64,000 nt of DNA from an uncultured Veillonellaceae bacterium (GTDB lineage Bacteria > Bacillota > Negativicutes > JARBTT01). The position numbers were made by a program, and so were the translations under genes. The stretch is from NCBI GenBank assembly GCA_963805085.1, contig CAWDTA010000001.1, forward strand, positions 128,001 through 192,000, in the 5' to 3' direction. The notes under the pieces are model-generated. The model made no database searches. It was not told the DNA's origin and saw only the letters and a program-made list of their open reading frames with translations. The first letter of the stretch is position 1, and each line of letters opens with the position of its first letter. Positions 19,737 through 30,216 of the stretch are shown in pieces.

Positions 19737-21341
19737 ATGAATACAAGTGAATCTTTCCTTAAAGGAACTTTTATCCTCGCAATTGCAGGGATAGTTGTAA
19801 AAGTTATCGGTTCTTTAAATTGGATATTTGTATCAAGGGTATTAGGTGGGGAAGGTATTGGTCTTTACCAAATGGCATTCCCAATTTACTTATTGGCACT
19901 TAGTGTCTCTTCTGCAGGGGTTCCGGTGGCAATTTCGATTATTACAGCAGAAAAAGTTGCGTTAAAAGATATATTGGGTGCGAAGCGTGTTTTTCGAATT
20001 TCGCTTGCCTTGATGGCTGTTACAGGAATGATCTTTAGTTTAGCTACGTATTTTGGAGCAGGTTTTTTAATTGAGTATCGTTTTATTCGTGATCCAAGGG
20101 CCTATTATTCAGTAGCGGCATTAGCGCCGGCTATTTTTTTCGTTACCATTCTTGCAAGTTCACGTGGTTATTTACAAGGTTGGCAAAGGATGACACCAAC
20201 AGCGGTATCTCAGATTGTTGAACAAATCTTTCGCGTAATCACCATGATTCTATTTGCAAATTTGCTTTTGCCACAAGGTCTTGAGTTTGCGGCAGCAGGT
20301 GCAAGTTTAGGTGCTTGTGCTGGTGCGGTGGCAGGTGTTATCGTCCTTGTTTATTATCATTGGCAATTAGAAAAAGATATTGAGCGTGAATATAGTGATC
20401 ATATTGTAGCAACGAAGCCTGAATCAAGTATGAAGATTATTAAACGTATCTTTGCATTGGCGCTTCCAGTATCGGCGGCGAGTATCATGTTACCCGTTGG
20501 TCAAAGTTTAGATTTGATGATTGTGCCAGCACGGCTAGAAGTAGCTGGATATAGTGTGAGTCAGGCAACCGAGTTATTTGGTTATTTAACGGGGATGGCA
20601 GTGCCACTGGTTAATTTAGCGACAGTCCTTACGGCATCGCTTGCAGTAAGCATTGTCCCCGCTATTTCAGAAGCGAAGGCGCTTGGCGATAAAGTGCGTT
20701 CGTTTCAGCAAGCGGCAGCAGCTATGCGTATTGCTAATTTAATTAGCTTTCCGGCCTTTATTATTGTGTTTATGTTGGATACACCCATTTCAGCACTTAT
20801 TTATAATGCGACAGCCGCAGGTCCAACAGTGCGTGTATTATCAACAAGTATCGTGCTCTTAGGGATTCATCAAGTGACGACTGGTGTACTCCAAGGACTG
20901 GGGCATACATCAGTGCCGGTGATTAATATGATTATTGCAGCAGCAGCAAAAGTAGTGCTTAACTGGATACTTACTGCAGAGCCGAGCCTTGGTATTCAAG
21001 GAGCCGCTTGGGCAACCGTTGCCGATTTTGGCATTGGAGCAGTCATGAATATGTATTTTTTACATAAATACATAGGGTATAAGTTAGAAGTCAAACAAGT
21101 GGTAAAAACGATTTTGGCTACTAGCTTAATGGGGCTAACCCTTCATCTAGTGTATCAATATATCATGGATTATATGTCAATTAATAGTGTAGCTACGTTA
21201 GGTTCGATTACCATTGGTTGTATTGTTTATATTGTAGTATTAATGATGCTTGGTGGCATTAGTGAACGAGATGTAGAACGAGTGCCGATGATTGGTTCTA
21301 TTGCGATAAAATTTTTACACCGCATTGGTGTATTTAAATAA
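19737..21341 (+). CDS. MurJ/SpoVB-family polysaccharide/lipid II flippase (MOP superfamily)
   Basis: FLKGTFIL, LGGEGIGLYQMAFPIY, RGYLQG..MTPTAVSQIVEQ; many TM segments. Confidence 0.88.
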   Translation: MNTSESFLKGTFILAIAGIVVKVIGSLNWIFVSRVLGGEGIGLYQMAFPIYLLALSVSSAGVPVAISIITAEKVALKDILGAKRVFRISLALMAVTGMIFSLATYFGAGFLIEYRFIRDPRAYYSVAALAPAIFFVTILASSRGYLQGWQRMTPTAVSQIVEQIFRVITMILFANLLLPQGLEFAAAGASLGACAGAVAGVIVLVYYHWQLEKDIEREYSDHIVATKPESSMKIIKRIFALALPVSAASIMLPVGQSLDLMIVPARLEVAGYSVSQATELFGYLTGMAVPLVNLATVLTASLAVSIVPAISEAKALGDKVRSFQQAAAAMRIANLISFPAFIIVFMLDTPISALIYNATAAGPTVRVLSTSIVLLGIHQVTTGVLQGLGHTSVPVINMIIAAAAKVVLNWILTAEPSLGIQGAAWATVADFGIGAVMNMYFLHKYIGYKLEVKQVVKTILATSLMGLTLHLVYQYIMDYMSINSVATLGSITIGCIVYIVVLMMLGGISERDVERVPMIGSIAIKFLHRIGVFK

Positions 21342-21370
21342 ATTCGATAAAGGGATGTGACGAGATCGGG

Positions 21371-22258
21371 ATGAAAAAATTAATTCTTGTCTATAATCCA
21401 GTTTCTGGGGATGCATTATTTAAATATAAATTAGATGATATTTTTGCGCAATTTTTAGCAAATGATTGTATTATTATACCCTATCGGACACGTAAAGATA
21501 ACCAGAAATCATTTATTGCTTTCTTAAATAGCGTTGATGTTGAAGGAATTGTTATCTCTGGTGGTGATGGAACCGTACATGAAATCATTAATTTAATGAT
21601 TAAGAATGATATTGATTTACCAATTGGCATTATTGCAAGTGGGACATCGAATGATTTTGCATCTTTTTTAGGGATTAATGAGGATATAGACGCTTATATT
21701 CGTGCGATTGCTCGGGGGAAAGTGATGCCGATTGACATTGGACAAATTGGTGAGAAATATTTTATTAATGTAGCGAGTGCTGGGGTATTAACTTCTGTAG
21801 CCCATAAGGTGGATGCAGGACTTAAAAATGCAATTGGTAAAATGGCATATTATTTAAAAGGACTGGGAGAAATTCCTAGCTTTCGTGCACTTGATTTGAC
21901 AATTTGTGCGGATAATGAAGTGCTTCGTGAAAAGGTATTTTTATTTGTTATTATCAATAGTGGTACGGTGGGGAGTATGAAGAATCTTGCCACCAATGCG
22001 AAAATTAATGATGGTAAACTGGATATGATTATTGTAAAACAATGTAGTATTCCAGAGCTAATGGCATTGACAGTAGAACTGCTCGCCGGTAATGATATTA
22101 CAAAACGCAACAATGTTATGTACTTACAGGCAGCAAATATTAAAATAGAATCTACGGAAATGGTCGAAAGTGATTTAGATGGTGAACTGGGTCCGAAACT
22201 GCCATTAGAAATTAAGACGTTACAAGGAAAAATGAATTTGTTTTATGATCAAAAATAA
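21371..22258 (+). CDS. YegS/BmrU/DgkB-family lipid kinase
   Basis: YNPVSG, GGDGTVHE, GTSNDFA, DLDGE. Confidence 0.9.
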   Translation: MKKLILVYNPVSGDALFKYKLDDIFAQFLANDCIIIPYRTRKDNQKSFIAFLNSVDVEGIVISGGDGTVHEIINLMIKNDIDLPIGIIASGTSNDFASFLGINEDIDAYIRAIARGKVMPIDIGQIGEKYFINVASAGVLTSVAHKVDAGLKNAIGKMAYYLKGLGEIPSFRALDLTICADNEVLREKVFLFVIINSGTVGSMKNLATNAKINDGKLDMIIVKQCSIPELMALTVELLAGNDITKRNNVMYLQAANIKIESTEMVESDLDGELGPKLPLEIKTLQGKMNLFYDQK

Positions 22259-22294
22259 GACAAACGAAAATAGTGGCAGTGGTATAATAATCTA

Positions 22295-22460
22295 GACACA
22301 GAGTAAAGTGGATTTACGGTCAATAGCTTGGACAAAAAAAGTGGTGTCAAGCAATCATTGATAAATAGTACAAACCTTTTGGATATGTTTTGGAGTAACT
22401 TTAAAAAGGAATAGTTTGCAGCATTCTGACCACCGGCGTTAAGCCGGTGGATTTTTATTT
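22295..22460 (+). ncRNA. Candidate free-standing structured small RNA
   Basis: Extended -10 TGGTATAAT at 22280-22288, several hairpins, GC terminator ccaccggc-gttaa-gccggtgg plus T run; no SD-led ORF. Confidence 0.4.
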
Positions 22461-22559
22461 AGTATGACATTGGAGCAATGTTACGACAGGCGAAGGTTGT
22501 TTCATACCAATTTTCCCATGAAATATCGTACTTGTGATTTGATGCTTTTGGGATGGATT

Positions 22560-22694
22560 CTGTCGCTTAATGAAATAATATTCCAAGTGATTTACCTATA
22601 GATAAAACGAATATCATAAATTCGATATATGAATTTTACGAATATGTATATTTCTTGTATAATTTGAACATAAAGGAATCCGTATTTTACATTT
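22560..22694 (+). repeat. Promoter module copy 1 (shared with region upstream of cfa)
   Basis: Aligns with 36163-36309, e.g. cgatatatgaattttacgaat and tatttcttgtataat(t/c)tgaacataaaggaatccgt(a/g)ttttacattt. Confidence 0.9.
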
Positions 22695-22729
22695 AGTGAC
22701 AAATCTAATTCTTTAAAGGGGATAGGAAT

Positions 22730-23347
22730 ATGAAAAAAGTTTGCAGTGATTGGACAAAAATTTTTAGTGAGGAGTTTGTCAATCCGATATTTTGGAACGA
22801 TTTTGAATTAAATGCCAAAGCTGCTCACACCGAAATTATCAAAGTAAGTAACTTTGAAGAAGCTCAAATGACAATCTTTAATATTATCCGATCAACAAAA
22901 GCAAAAAGTATTGTTGCTGTAGGAAATGAAGAATCTACGAAAATTGCTAATATTTATAATAATTTATATAATCTTGACGTACAAATTTATACGGATAAAT
23001 TTGCAATCGCCGAAAATGCTCCCACTGCTGATATAGGCATATCTACCGCAGAATTCGCCGTTGGTGAAACTGGTAGTGTCTGTGTTGATTGCTATTCATA
23101 CGAATCTCGTGTTGTTGGTATGTTGCCACCTGTACACATAGTATTTTTAAATTGCAATAACATTGTAAAAAATATGACGACTGCTTTTAAAGTGATTTCC
23201 CAAGGTTTCAAAAATGGTTATATGGGGTTCATTACTGGCCCTAGTCGTACCGCTGATATAGAACGAGTTTTGAGCCTCGGCGTGCATGGACCGAGCAGAT
23301 TTATCATCATTGTCGTTGATGTGCCAGCTATTGGAGGGATGAATTGA
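22730..23347 (+). CDS. lutC: Lactate utilisation protein C (LutC/YkgG, LUD domain)
   Basis: ETGS, LPPVH, ITGPSRTADIERVLSLGVHGP. Confidence 0.88.
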   Translation: MKKVCSDWTKIFSEEFVNPIFWNDFELNAKAAHTEIIKVSNFEEAQMTIFNIIRSTKAKSIVAVGNEESTKIANIYNNLYNLDVQIYTDKFAIAENAPTADIGISTAEFAVGETGSVCVDCYSYESRVVGMLPPVHIVFLNCNNIVKNMTTAFKVISQGFKNGYMGFITGPSRTADIERVLSLGVHGPSRFIIIVVDVPAIGGMN

Positions 23348-25515
23348 TGACTAATAATCGTAATATAAAAAAAGAAATTGATGTAAAATTACATGATGAA
23401 GTATTGCGTGATGCTCTTGGTCGGTTTGTTGATCAGTATTCGGATGCTCGTTTGAAGGCTTATGCGAATGTTGATAGCATAGAAGATTTGCGCGATTCAC
23501 TCAAGGAGATGAAACAAGAAACCGTTGCCCATATTGAAGAAATCGCCGATGAATTCGAAGCTTCCGTGAAGCAGAAAGGAGGACAGTTCTATAGAGCTAA
23601 AGATGGTGATGCTGTAAAGAAATATTTGTTGAAAATTTGTCAGGAAAATAATGTACAACGTATTGTGAAATCTAAGTCTATGGTTAGCGAAGAAATTCAT
23701 TTGAATAAATTTTTAATTGATAATGGTCTGCATGTAAAAGAAACTGATCTGGGGGAGTGGATGCTTTCTGTCGCAGGGCAGAGGCCTTCTCATATGATTA
23801 TGCCAGCTATCCATTTGAACCGGCAACAATGTGCCGATTTCTTCTCGCAGGAATTGCAGGAAAAAGTACCAGATGACATTGATTTTATGATTCATAAAGC
23901 CCGCGAAGTCTTGCGCGATGAATTTTTGCAGGCTGACATGGGATTAACTGGCGCTAATTTTGGCATTGCGGAAAATGGTGCAATTGGACTTGTAACTAAT
24001 GAAGGAAACGCTCGTCTGTCCACCACTTTGCCACGTATTCATGTTATTTTGATTGGTTATGAAAAACTGATTCCTAAAATTGAAGATGCTGCGAAAATTC
24101 TACGTTTATTGCCACGTAATGGTACTTGTCAACGCATGACAAGCTATATGACAATGGTAGCTGGACCTACACCTGTGATACGTAAAGTCAATGGAAATTG
24201 GATAGAAGAAGACCGGCAGGTTTATGTAATCCTATTAGATAATGGACGTCTTAAGTCTGCGCATGATCCAAAATTCAAGGAAGTTTATCAATGTGTTCGT
24301 TGTGCCTCTTGTCTAAATGTCTGTCCCATATGGACCTTGGTAGGTGGACATGTATATGGGCATATTTATTCTGGTGGCATAGGTGTTATCCTAACAGGAC
24401 TTTTAAATAGCATGGAAGATTTTAATAAAATTAGTGAGCTTTGTATTGGTTGCCGTAAATGTGTTTCTATTTGTCCAGGAAAAATAAACATTCCAGACTT
24501 GATTGAAGAATTGCGGGCTCAAAACGTAAAGAACAATGGTTTGTCGTTACCGTTAAAAGTTGTGGTTCAAGATATCTTGGCAAATCGAAAAATTTTCCAT
24601 ACATTACTCCGTATAGCATCTATAGGACAGAAACCTGTCCAAACAGGTAATGTCATTCGTCATTTGCCGATGTTTTTTGCGAAACTTACTAATGGTCGGA
24701 GTCTACCGGCCATAGCTGATGAACCGTTGCGTGATCGTGTCAGTAAACTTTTGAAAAAGAATCCGCCTGCACCGGTAAAACGTGTTGCCTTTTTCAGTGG
24801 ATGTAATATTGACTTTGTTTTTCCAAAAACAGGACAATCTGTCATTCGTGTATTACAAGATCTAAATATGGAGGTCGTTTTCCCCGAACAACAAAATTGT
24901 TGCGGTAAACCAGTTCTTGGTATGGGCGACAGAGAAACTGCCAAAAATATCGCTAAAAATAATGTTATAGTTTTTGAGGAAGCGGTAGTTGATGTTATTC
25001 TCTGTGCCTGCCCAACCTGTGCTGAGACTTGGCATAAGACATATTTAGAATTATTTGCCGACGATCAAGAATGGGCTGATCGTGTAAGGAAAATCACAGC
25101 AAAAGTATATGAATTCACTAGTTTTGTTGCTGAAGCCTATGAAAAAGCTGACCGCCTTATTAAAACAAAAGGCAGCAAAAAAGTGACATATCACGATTCA
25201 TGTCATATGAATCGTGGGCTTGGAATCTTTCAACAGCCTAGACAGCTGCTGAATGCCGCCGTAGATTATGAATTGGTTGAAATGAAAAACTGCGATAAAT
25301 GCTGCGGCATGGCAGGGGCTTTTGGCATGAAATACAGCGAAATATCTCTGCCCATCCTCAAAGAAAAAATTGAAAACATTAAGGCTAGCGGAGCCGATAC
25401 AATTGCTGTGGCTTGTCCGGCTTGTATGATGCAAATTCAAGGTGGTCTTGACCAACAGGCTCCGGAAATCAAAATTAAACACATTGCAGATATTATTGCA
25501 GAACATTTAGAATGA
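23347..25515 (+). CDS. LutB-LutA fused Fe-S L-lactate dehydrogenase subunit (LUD + 4Fe-4S + CCG domains)
   Basis: KSKSMVSEE, ETDLGE, NEGN, CVRCASCLNVCP, CIGCRKC..CP, CCG motifs, YHDSCH. Confidence 0.88.
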   Translation: MTNNRNIKKEIDVKLHDEVLRDALGRFVDQYSDARLKAYANVDSIEDLRDSLKEMKQETVAHIEEIADEFEASVKQKGGQFYRAKDGDAVKKYLLKICQENNVQRIVKSKSMVSEEIHLNKFLIDNGLHVKETDLGEWMLSVAGQRPSHMIMPAIHLNRQQCADFFSQELQEKVPDDIDFMIHKAREVLRDEFLQADMGLTGANFGIAENGAIGLVTNEGNARLSTTLPRIHVILIGYEKLIPKIEDAAKILRLLPRNGTCQRMTSYMTMVAGPTPVIRKVNGNWIEEDRQVYVILLDNGRLKSAHDPKFKEVYQCVRCASCLNVCPIWTLVGGHVYGHIYSGGIGVILTGLLNSMEDFNKISELCIGCRKCVSICPGKINIPDLIEELRAQNVKNNGLSLPLKVVVQDILANRKIFHTLLRIASIGQKPVQTGNVIRHLPMFFAKLTNGRSLPAIADEPLRDRVSKLLKKNPPAPVKRVAFFSGCNIDFVFPKTGQSVIRVLQDLNMEVVFPEQQNCCGKPVLGMGDRETAKNIAKNNVIVFEEAVVDVILCACPTCAETWHKTYLELFADDQEWADRVRKITAKVYEFTSFVAEAYEKADRLIKTKGSKKVTYHDSCHMNRGLGIFQQPRQLLNAAVDYELVEMKNCDKCCGMAGAFGMKYSEISLPILKEKIENIKASGADTIAVACPACMMQIQGGLDQQAPEIKIKHIADIIAEHLE

Positions 25516-25719
25516 ACTATATTTCGTTTGAATAGTATTCTCTTCGGCATTTTTATATTCCCCGTCTGTATTCTACCTATATTAGAATGCTTAAGTAGAT
25601 TTTGTGCTTTTGATAGCCAAAGTGTTTTAGCGCCGAGCCGATTGAATTTTTCCAACAGAATAAAAGCTCCCCCTAAAGAAAGTTATATTATTTAAACTTT
25701 TTCCTTTAAGGGGAGCATA

Positions 25720-26958
25720 TTATTTTTGTATGGTTCCTAAATAGTGGTTTACAAACTGTTGTGCAGTGCGTCCGGATCGCCCTGAATGATGAGTTTCCCA
25801 CTTGATTGCTTGCGCACGTAAGTCTTCACTATCTAAATTCATATGATGTTTTTTAAGTAATTCAGCGATTATTGTGAGATATTCTTCTTGATTTGGCGCA
25901 AGGTAACTGATGGTTAAGCCAAATCGATCCGATAAAGAAATCGTTTCATTCATGCTATCACTGCGATGAATCTCATCATTTGCTTCACCGCGATCTTTCC
26001 AAGTTTCTTTAATTAAATGACGACGGTTAGAAGTAGCATAAATAAGAACATTCGCTGGTTTGGCCTCCACGCCGCCTTCGATTGCCGATTTTAAATATTT
26101 ATATTCTACTTCAAAATCTTCAAAAGATAAATCATCTAGGAAGATGATGAACTTTTTACTACTACATAGACGTAATGTCTCCATGATTTTTGGTAAATGA
26201 ATCAATTGGTGCTTTGTGATTTCTAATAAGCGCAATCCTTGGTCGAAATATTTATTTGCCAACGCTTTTACTGCAGAGGATTTACCAGTGCCCCGTGCAC
26301 CAACGAGGAGGGCGTTATTGGCGGGTCTGCCAGCGACCAAGGCCTCAGTATTAGATATCAACATGCTTTTTTGCCGTTCATAACCAATCAAGTCTTCTAA
26401 GGTCATTTCATCGAAGTGTTTAATGCCTACTAAATGCTTTTCATTATCCCAACGGAAGGCGCGATAATTTGCGATATCGCCATACCCATAGGTGCGATAG
26501 TAATTGATAAAAACATCAGCAAGCATTTCATTTGAAGTTAATTCATCAAGTTTTGTTTGTAAATTAGCAAACGCAATTGATTTATTTAATGTGGTTGGCT
26601 GATACTCATCCAAAATTTTTGAATTGATGAAAAGGCTTGGAATAAGGTTTAATAAATAATACATAGTGATCATATCAGTTTTAAAAGCAGTGTAAAGGCT
26701 CATACCAATTTGTCCGTTGGAACGTTCCGTCATCAAAGCAACAATGTTATCGCCTTGAGACATAAGATAAGCAGCATAGCTGCGAATCAGATTTCCTGCT
26801 AAGCCAAGTGTTTCAGCTTTTTCGATTAGTTCAGCAATTAAGTTATTTCGTAAGGTGATATTTTGCGTATCATCTAGAAAAGCGACCATTTTTTTTAGTA
26901 CAGAATCGTTTAATATATTGCGACAAACAATGAATTCATGTAGGTTTGGTTTAATCAT
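25720..26958 (-). CDS. DUF815 family AAA+ ATPase
   Basis: GARGTGKSS Walker A, FLDDLSF, YATSNRRHL, SLSDRFG, SGRTAQQF; ATG 26958 after AGGAGG. Confidence 0.88.
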   Translation of the reverse strand: MIKPNLHEFIVCRNILNDSVLKKMVAFLDDTQNITLRNNLIAELIEKAETLGLAGNLIRSYAAYLMSQGDNIVALMTERSNGQIGMSLYTAFKTDMITMYYLLNLIPSLFINSKILDEYQPTTLNKSIAFANLQTKLDELTSNEMLADVFINYYRTYGYGDIANYRAFRWDNEKHLVGIKHFDEMTLEDLIGYERQKSMLISNTEALVAGRPANNALLVGARGTGKSSAVKALANKYFDQGLRLLEITKHQLIHLPKIMETLRLCSSKKFIIFLDDLSFEDFEVEYKYLKSAIEGGVEAKPANVLIYATSNRRHLIKETWKDRGEANDEIHRSDSMNETISLSDRFGLTISYLAPNQEEYLTIIAELLKKHHMNLDSEDLRAQAIKWETHHSGRSGRTAQQFVNHYLGTIQK

Positions 26959-27094
26959 AAGGCGCCTCCTAAAAATAAGTATTGGATTAGTATAACGCAA
27001 TAAAATAGCAAAGTAAATATTAAAGTGTAATTTTGTAAAGGAATAAAAACGACGCTTTGCAAAAAATGCAAAGCGTCGTTTTAGTTAGAGGCAA

Positions 27095-28330
27095 TTATAG
27101 ACTTAATTTTGTTTTAATGCGCTCAATTGCTTTTTCAGTGCTTTCTCTATCACCAAAGGAAGTTAACCGGAAGTAACCTTCGCCAGATGGACCAAAACCT
27201 GCACCAGGTGTACCAACGATATGTACTTCATTTAATAATTTATCAAAGAAGCTCCAAGAGTCTAAGCCTTGCGGAGTTTTAAGCCAGATATAAGGTGCAT
27301 TTACACCGCCAAAGGCCTGTATTCCAGCGGAAATTAAACCTTCACGAATGATTTTTGCATTTGTCATATAATACTCAATCGTTGCTTTGATTTGAGCTTG
27401 TCCTTCAGGGGAATAAATTGCTTCAGCTCCACGTTGTACAATATATGGTGTACCGTTGAACTTTGTAGTATGACGACGATTCCATAATTTATTTAAAGAA
27501 TGCTCTTCGCCATTGGAGTCTTTCGCCATTACTGTTTTAGGAACAACGGTATAAGCGCAACGTGTTCCAGTGAAACCAGCCGTTTTAGAAAAAGATCTAA
27601 ATTCAATCGCTACATCTTTTGCACCTTCGATTTCATAAATAGAATGAGGTACATCTTTTTCAGTTATGTATGCTGCATAAGCGGCATCAAAAAGGATTAC
27701 ACAGCTGTTTGCTTTCGCATAGTCTACCCATTTTTTTAATTCTTCTTTGGAAAGCGTAGTACCAGTTGGATTATTTGGGCAACAAAGATAAATCATATCT
27801 ACTTTGCTAGTTGGAAGCGCTGGTGTAAAGTTGTTTTCTGCATTGCAAGGTAAGTAAACAACTTTTTCAAACATACCATTGTCTTGTAATGTTCCTGTGC
27901 GCCCAGCCATAACGTTTGTATCTAAATAAACTGGGTATACTGGATCAGTGATTGCAACAATGTTATTGGTGCCGAAAATTTCCTGAATGTTACCAACATC
28001 GCTTTTTGAACCGTCACTTACAAAAATTTCGTCTGTAGAAATTTTTATATTGCGACTTGTATAGTTTGTTTCAACAATTTTTTCAAGTAGGAAATTATAA
28101 CCTTGTTCAGGACCGTATCCACGGAACGTGGATTGACTTGCTAATTCATCAACTGCATCATGCATTGCTTTAATAGAAGCAGGTGCAAGTGGTTGCGTTA
28201 CATCACCAATCCCTAAACGAATAATATCCGCATTAGGGTTAGCATCTTTAAAGCTAGCTACACGACGTGCAATTTCAGCAAATAAGTAGCTACCAGGTAA
28301 TTTTAAGTAATTCTCATTAATTAAAGCCAT
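27095..28330 (-). CDS. dapL: LL-diaminopimelate aminotransferase
   Basis: [39 protein letters not shown]. Confidence 0.96.
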   Translation of the reverse strand: MALINENYLKLPGSYLFAEIARRVASFKDANPNADIIRLGIGDVTQPLAPASIKAMHDAVDELASQSTFRGYGPEQGYNFLLEKIVETNYTSRNIKISTDEIFVSDGSKSDVGNIQEIFGTNNIVAITDPVYPVYLDTNVMAGRTGTLQDNGMFEKVVYLPCNAENNFTPALPTSKVDMIYLCCPNNPTGTTLSKEELKKWVDYAKANSCVILFDAAYAAYITEKDVPHSIYEIEGAKDVAIEFRSFSKTAGFTGTRCAYTVVPKTVMAKDSNGEEHSLNKLWNRRHTTKFNGTPYIVQRGAEAIYSPEGQAQIKATIEYYMTNAKIIREGLISAGIQAFGGVNAPYIWLKTPQGLDSWSFFDKLLNEVHIVGTPGAGFGPSGEGYFRLTSFGDRESTEKAIERIKTKLSL

Positions 28331-28662
28331 ATATTTAGAAATCCTCCTGTTATTGTTTTTATTATTTGTTTATACAAAAAAGTATCAACTAATAAATAAT
28401 TATACAATAAAGACGTGCTTTTTGGTAGTTTATAAAAGAAATTTGTCGGTTTTTAAAAAGAAATTAGGAAAATTTTACGATAATTCTTGATTATACATCG
28501 GACTTATAATATAATAACCATTGTGAGGGTAATTATACATAATATTTAAACTGTTCTGATAATTTCTATGCATTGTTAAATAGCTTTTATCTATGAAACG
28601 GTTTAAATAAAAGGCATTATGTAAAATAGTTTCACAAGCAATTATATTAAGGGGTGTATTTT

Positions 28663-30003
28663 ATGGACATTATTTTAGGCTTCGTCGTATTATTAGCGTG
28701 TCTAATAGTCGGTGTTAGACATGGCGGCTTGGGGTTAGCTGCTGTTTCTGGTATTGGTCTAGTTATTTTCACATTCATTTTTCATTTAAAACCGGGTACT
28801 CCACCAGTTGATGTAATGTTAACAATTATGGCGGTTGTTACTTGTTCGGGCTTTTTACAAGCTTCTAATGGTTTAACGGTTATGCTAAAATACGCAGAAA
28901 AATTCTTGCGTAGTAATCCAAAATACGTAACTGTTTTAGCTCCTATAACAACTTGGTTTTTAACAGTATTATGTGGTACTGGTCATGTTGTATATACAAT
29001 GTTCCCAATTATCTATGATATTGCAATCAAAGAAGGGGTGCGTCCAGAACGTCCAATGGCAGCAGCTTCTGTTGCGTCACAAATGGGTATCTGTGCTTCA
29101 CCGGCATCGGTTGCAGTCGTTTCCGTAGTGGCAATGCTTGCTACAGCTGGTTCACATTTTAGTGTAGTTCAAATCTTATCTGTATCAATTCCAGCAACGT
29201 TCGCTGGTGTTGTTGCTACTGGACTTTGGAGTATTACTCGTGGTAAAGACTTAGATAAAGATGCTGAATTTCAAGCAAGAATTGCTGATCCAGAACAAAA
29301 AGCATATATTTATGGTGATTCTGAGAGCCTCGTTGGTAAAGAATTACCTAAAACGGCATATTGGGCAACAGCTATTTTCTTAGTTGGTATTATTATTATT
29401 GCTTTATTTGGTAGTTTCCCAGCATTGCTTCCTCATTTTGCTGATGCAAAAGGTAAATTGCAGCCATTATCTATGACACTTACTATTCAAATGTCCATGC
29501 TTGTTATTGCTGCAGTTATTATGCTTATATGTAAAGTAAAAGCATCTGATGTTAGCAATGGTTCTGTATTTAAAGCTGGTATGGTTGCAGTTGTTTCCGT
29601 TTATGGCGTTGCTTGGATGGCGGAAACTTATTTCGGTGCTTATTTACCATTACTTAAAAAATCTCTTGGTCAAATCGTACTTGATTATCCTTGGTCTTAT
29701 GCGATTGTATTATTCTTGGTATCAAAACTTGTTAATTCGCAAGCTGCTGCGCTTGCGATTGTTGTACCAATGGCGTTGAGCGTTGGTGTTGATCCATTAA
29801 TTATTTTATCGTTTATTTCTGCTTGTTATGGTTATTTCGTATTACCTACTTATCCTTCTGATTTGGCTTGTATCGGTTTTGACCGTTCAGGTACAACAGG
29901 CATTGGAAAATTCATTATCAATCACAGTTTTATTATTCCTGGTTTGATTGGTATTATGGTTGGTTCTTGTGTAGGTTACCTAATCGTTCATACTCTTTAT
30001 TAG
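28663..30003 (+). CDS. Anaerobic C4-dicarboxylate transporter (DcuA/DcuB family)
   Basis: CGTGH, RPERPMAA, ASPASVA, LPTYPSD, FDRSGTT.IGKF.INHSF. Confidence 0.92.
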   Translation: MDIILGFVVLLACLIVGVRHGGLGLAAVSGIGLVIFTFIFHLKPGTPPVDVMLTIMAVVTCSGFLQASNGLTVMLKYAEKFLRSNPKYVTVLAPITTWFLTVLCGTGHVVYTMFPIIYDIAIKEGVRPERPMAAASVASQMGICASPASVAVVSVVAMLATAGSHFSVVQILSVSIPATFAGVVATGLWSITRGKDLDKDAEFQARIADPEQKAYIYGDSESLVGKELPKTAYWATAIFLVGIIIIALFGSFPALLPHFADAKGKLQPLSMTLTIQMSMLVIAAVIMLICKVKASDVSNGSVFKAGMVAVVSVYGVAWMAETYFGAYLPLLKKSLGQIVLDYPWSYAIVLFLVSKLVNSQAAALAIVVPMALSVGVDPLIILSFISACYGYFVLPTYPSDLACIGFDRSGTTGIGKFIINHSFIIPGLIGIMVGSCVGYLIVHTLY

Positions 30004-30216
30004 GATTTCATTAGCAATCATGCGAAGATATGCCTATCTTCGTCAATAGAAAAATAGTACCAATAGCGCCCAGAGCTATCGGTACTATTTTTTTATGAGG
30101 AAAGGTTTATTTTTGATCTTGTAGAATATATTGATTTGTCAGCATTATTATAGGATAATTATTTAGTGATATGCACTTAGTTTTATATAAGAATGGTAGA
30201 GGAAAGAGGTCTTTGA

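Noticed and set aside
22462-22506. Twin small hairpins as an ANTAR target
   Set aside because: The loops are not A..G hexaloops and no overlapping terminator follows
28619-28637. Possible Rex box upstream of dcu (atgtaaaatagtttcacaa)
   Set aside because: Arm spacing is one base longer than the Rex consensus and the left arm is weak
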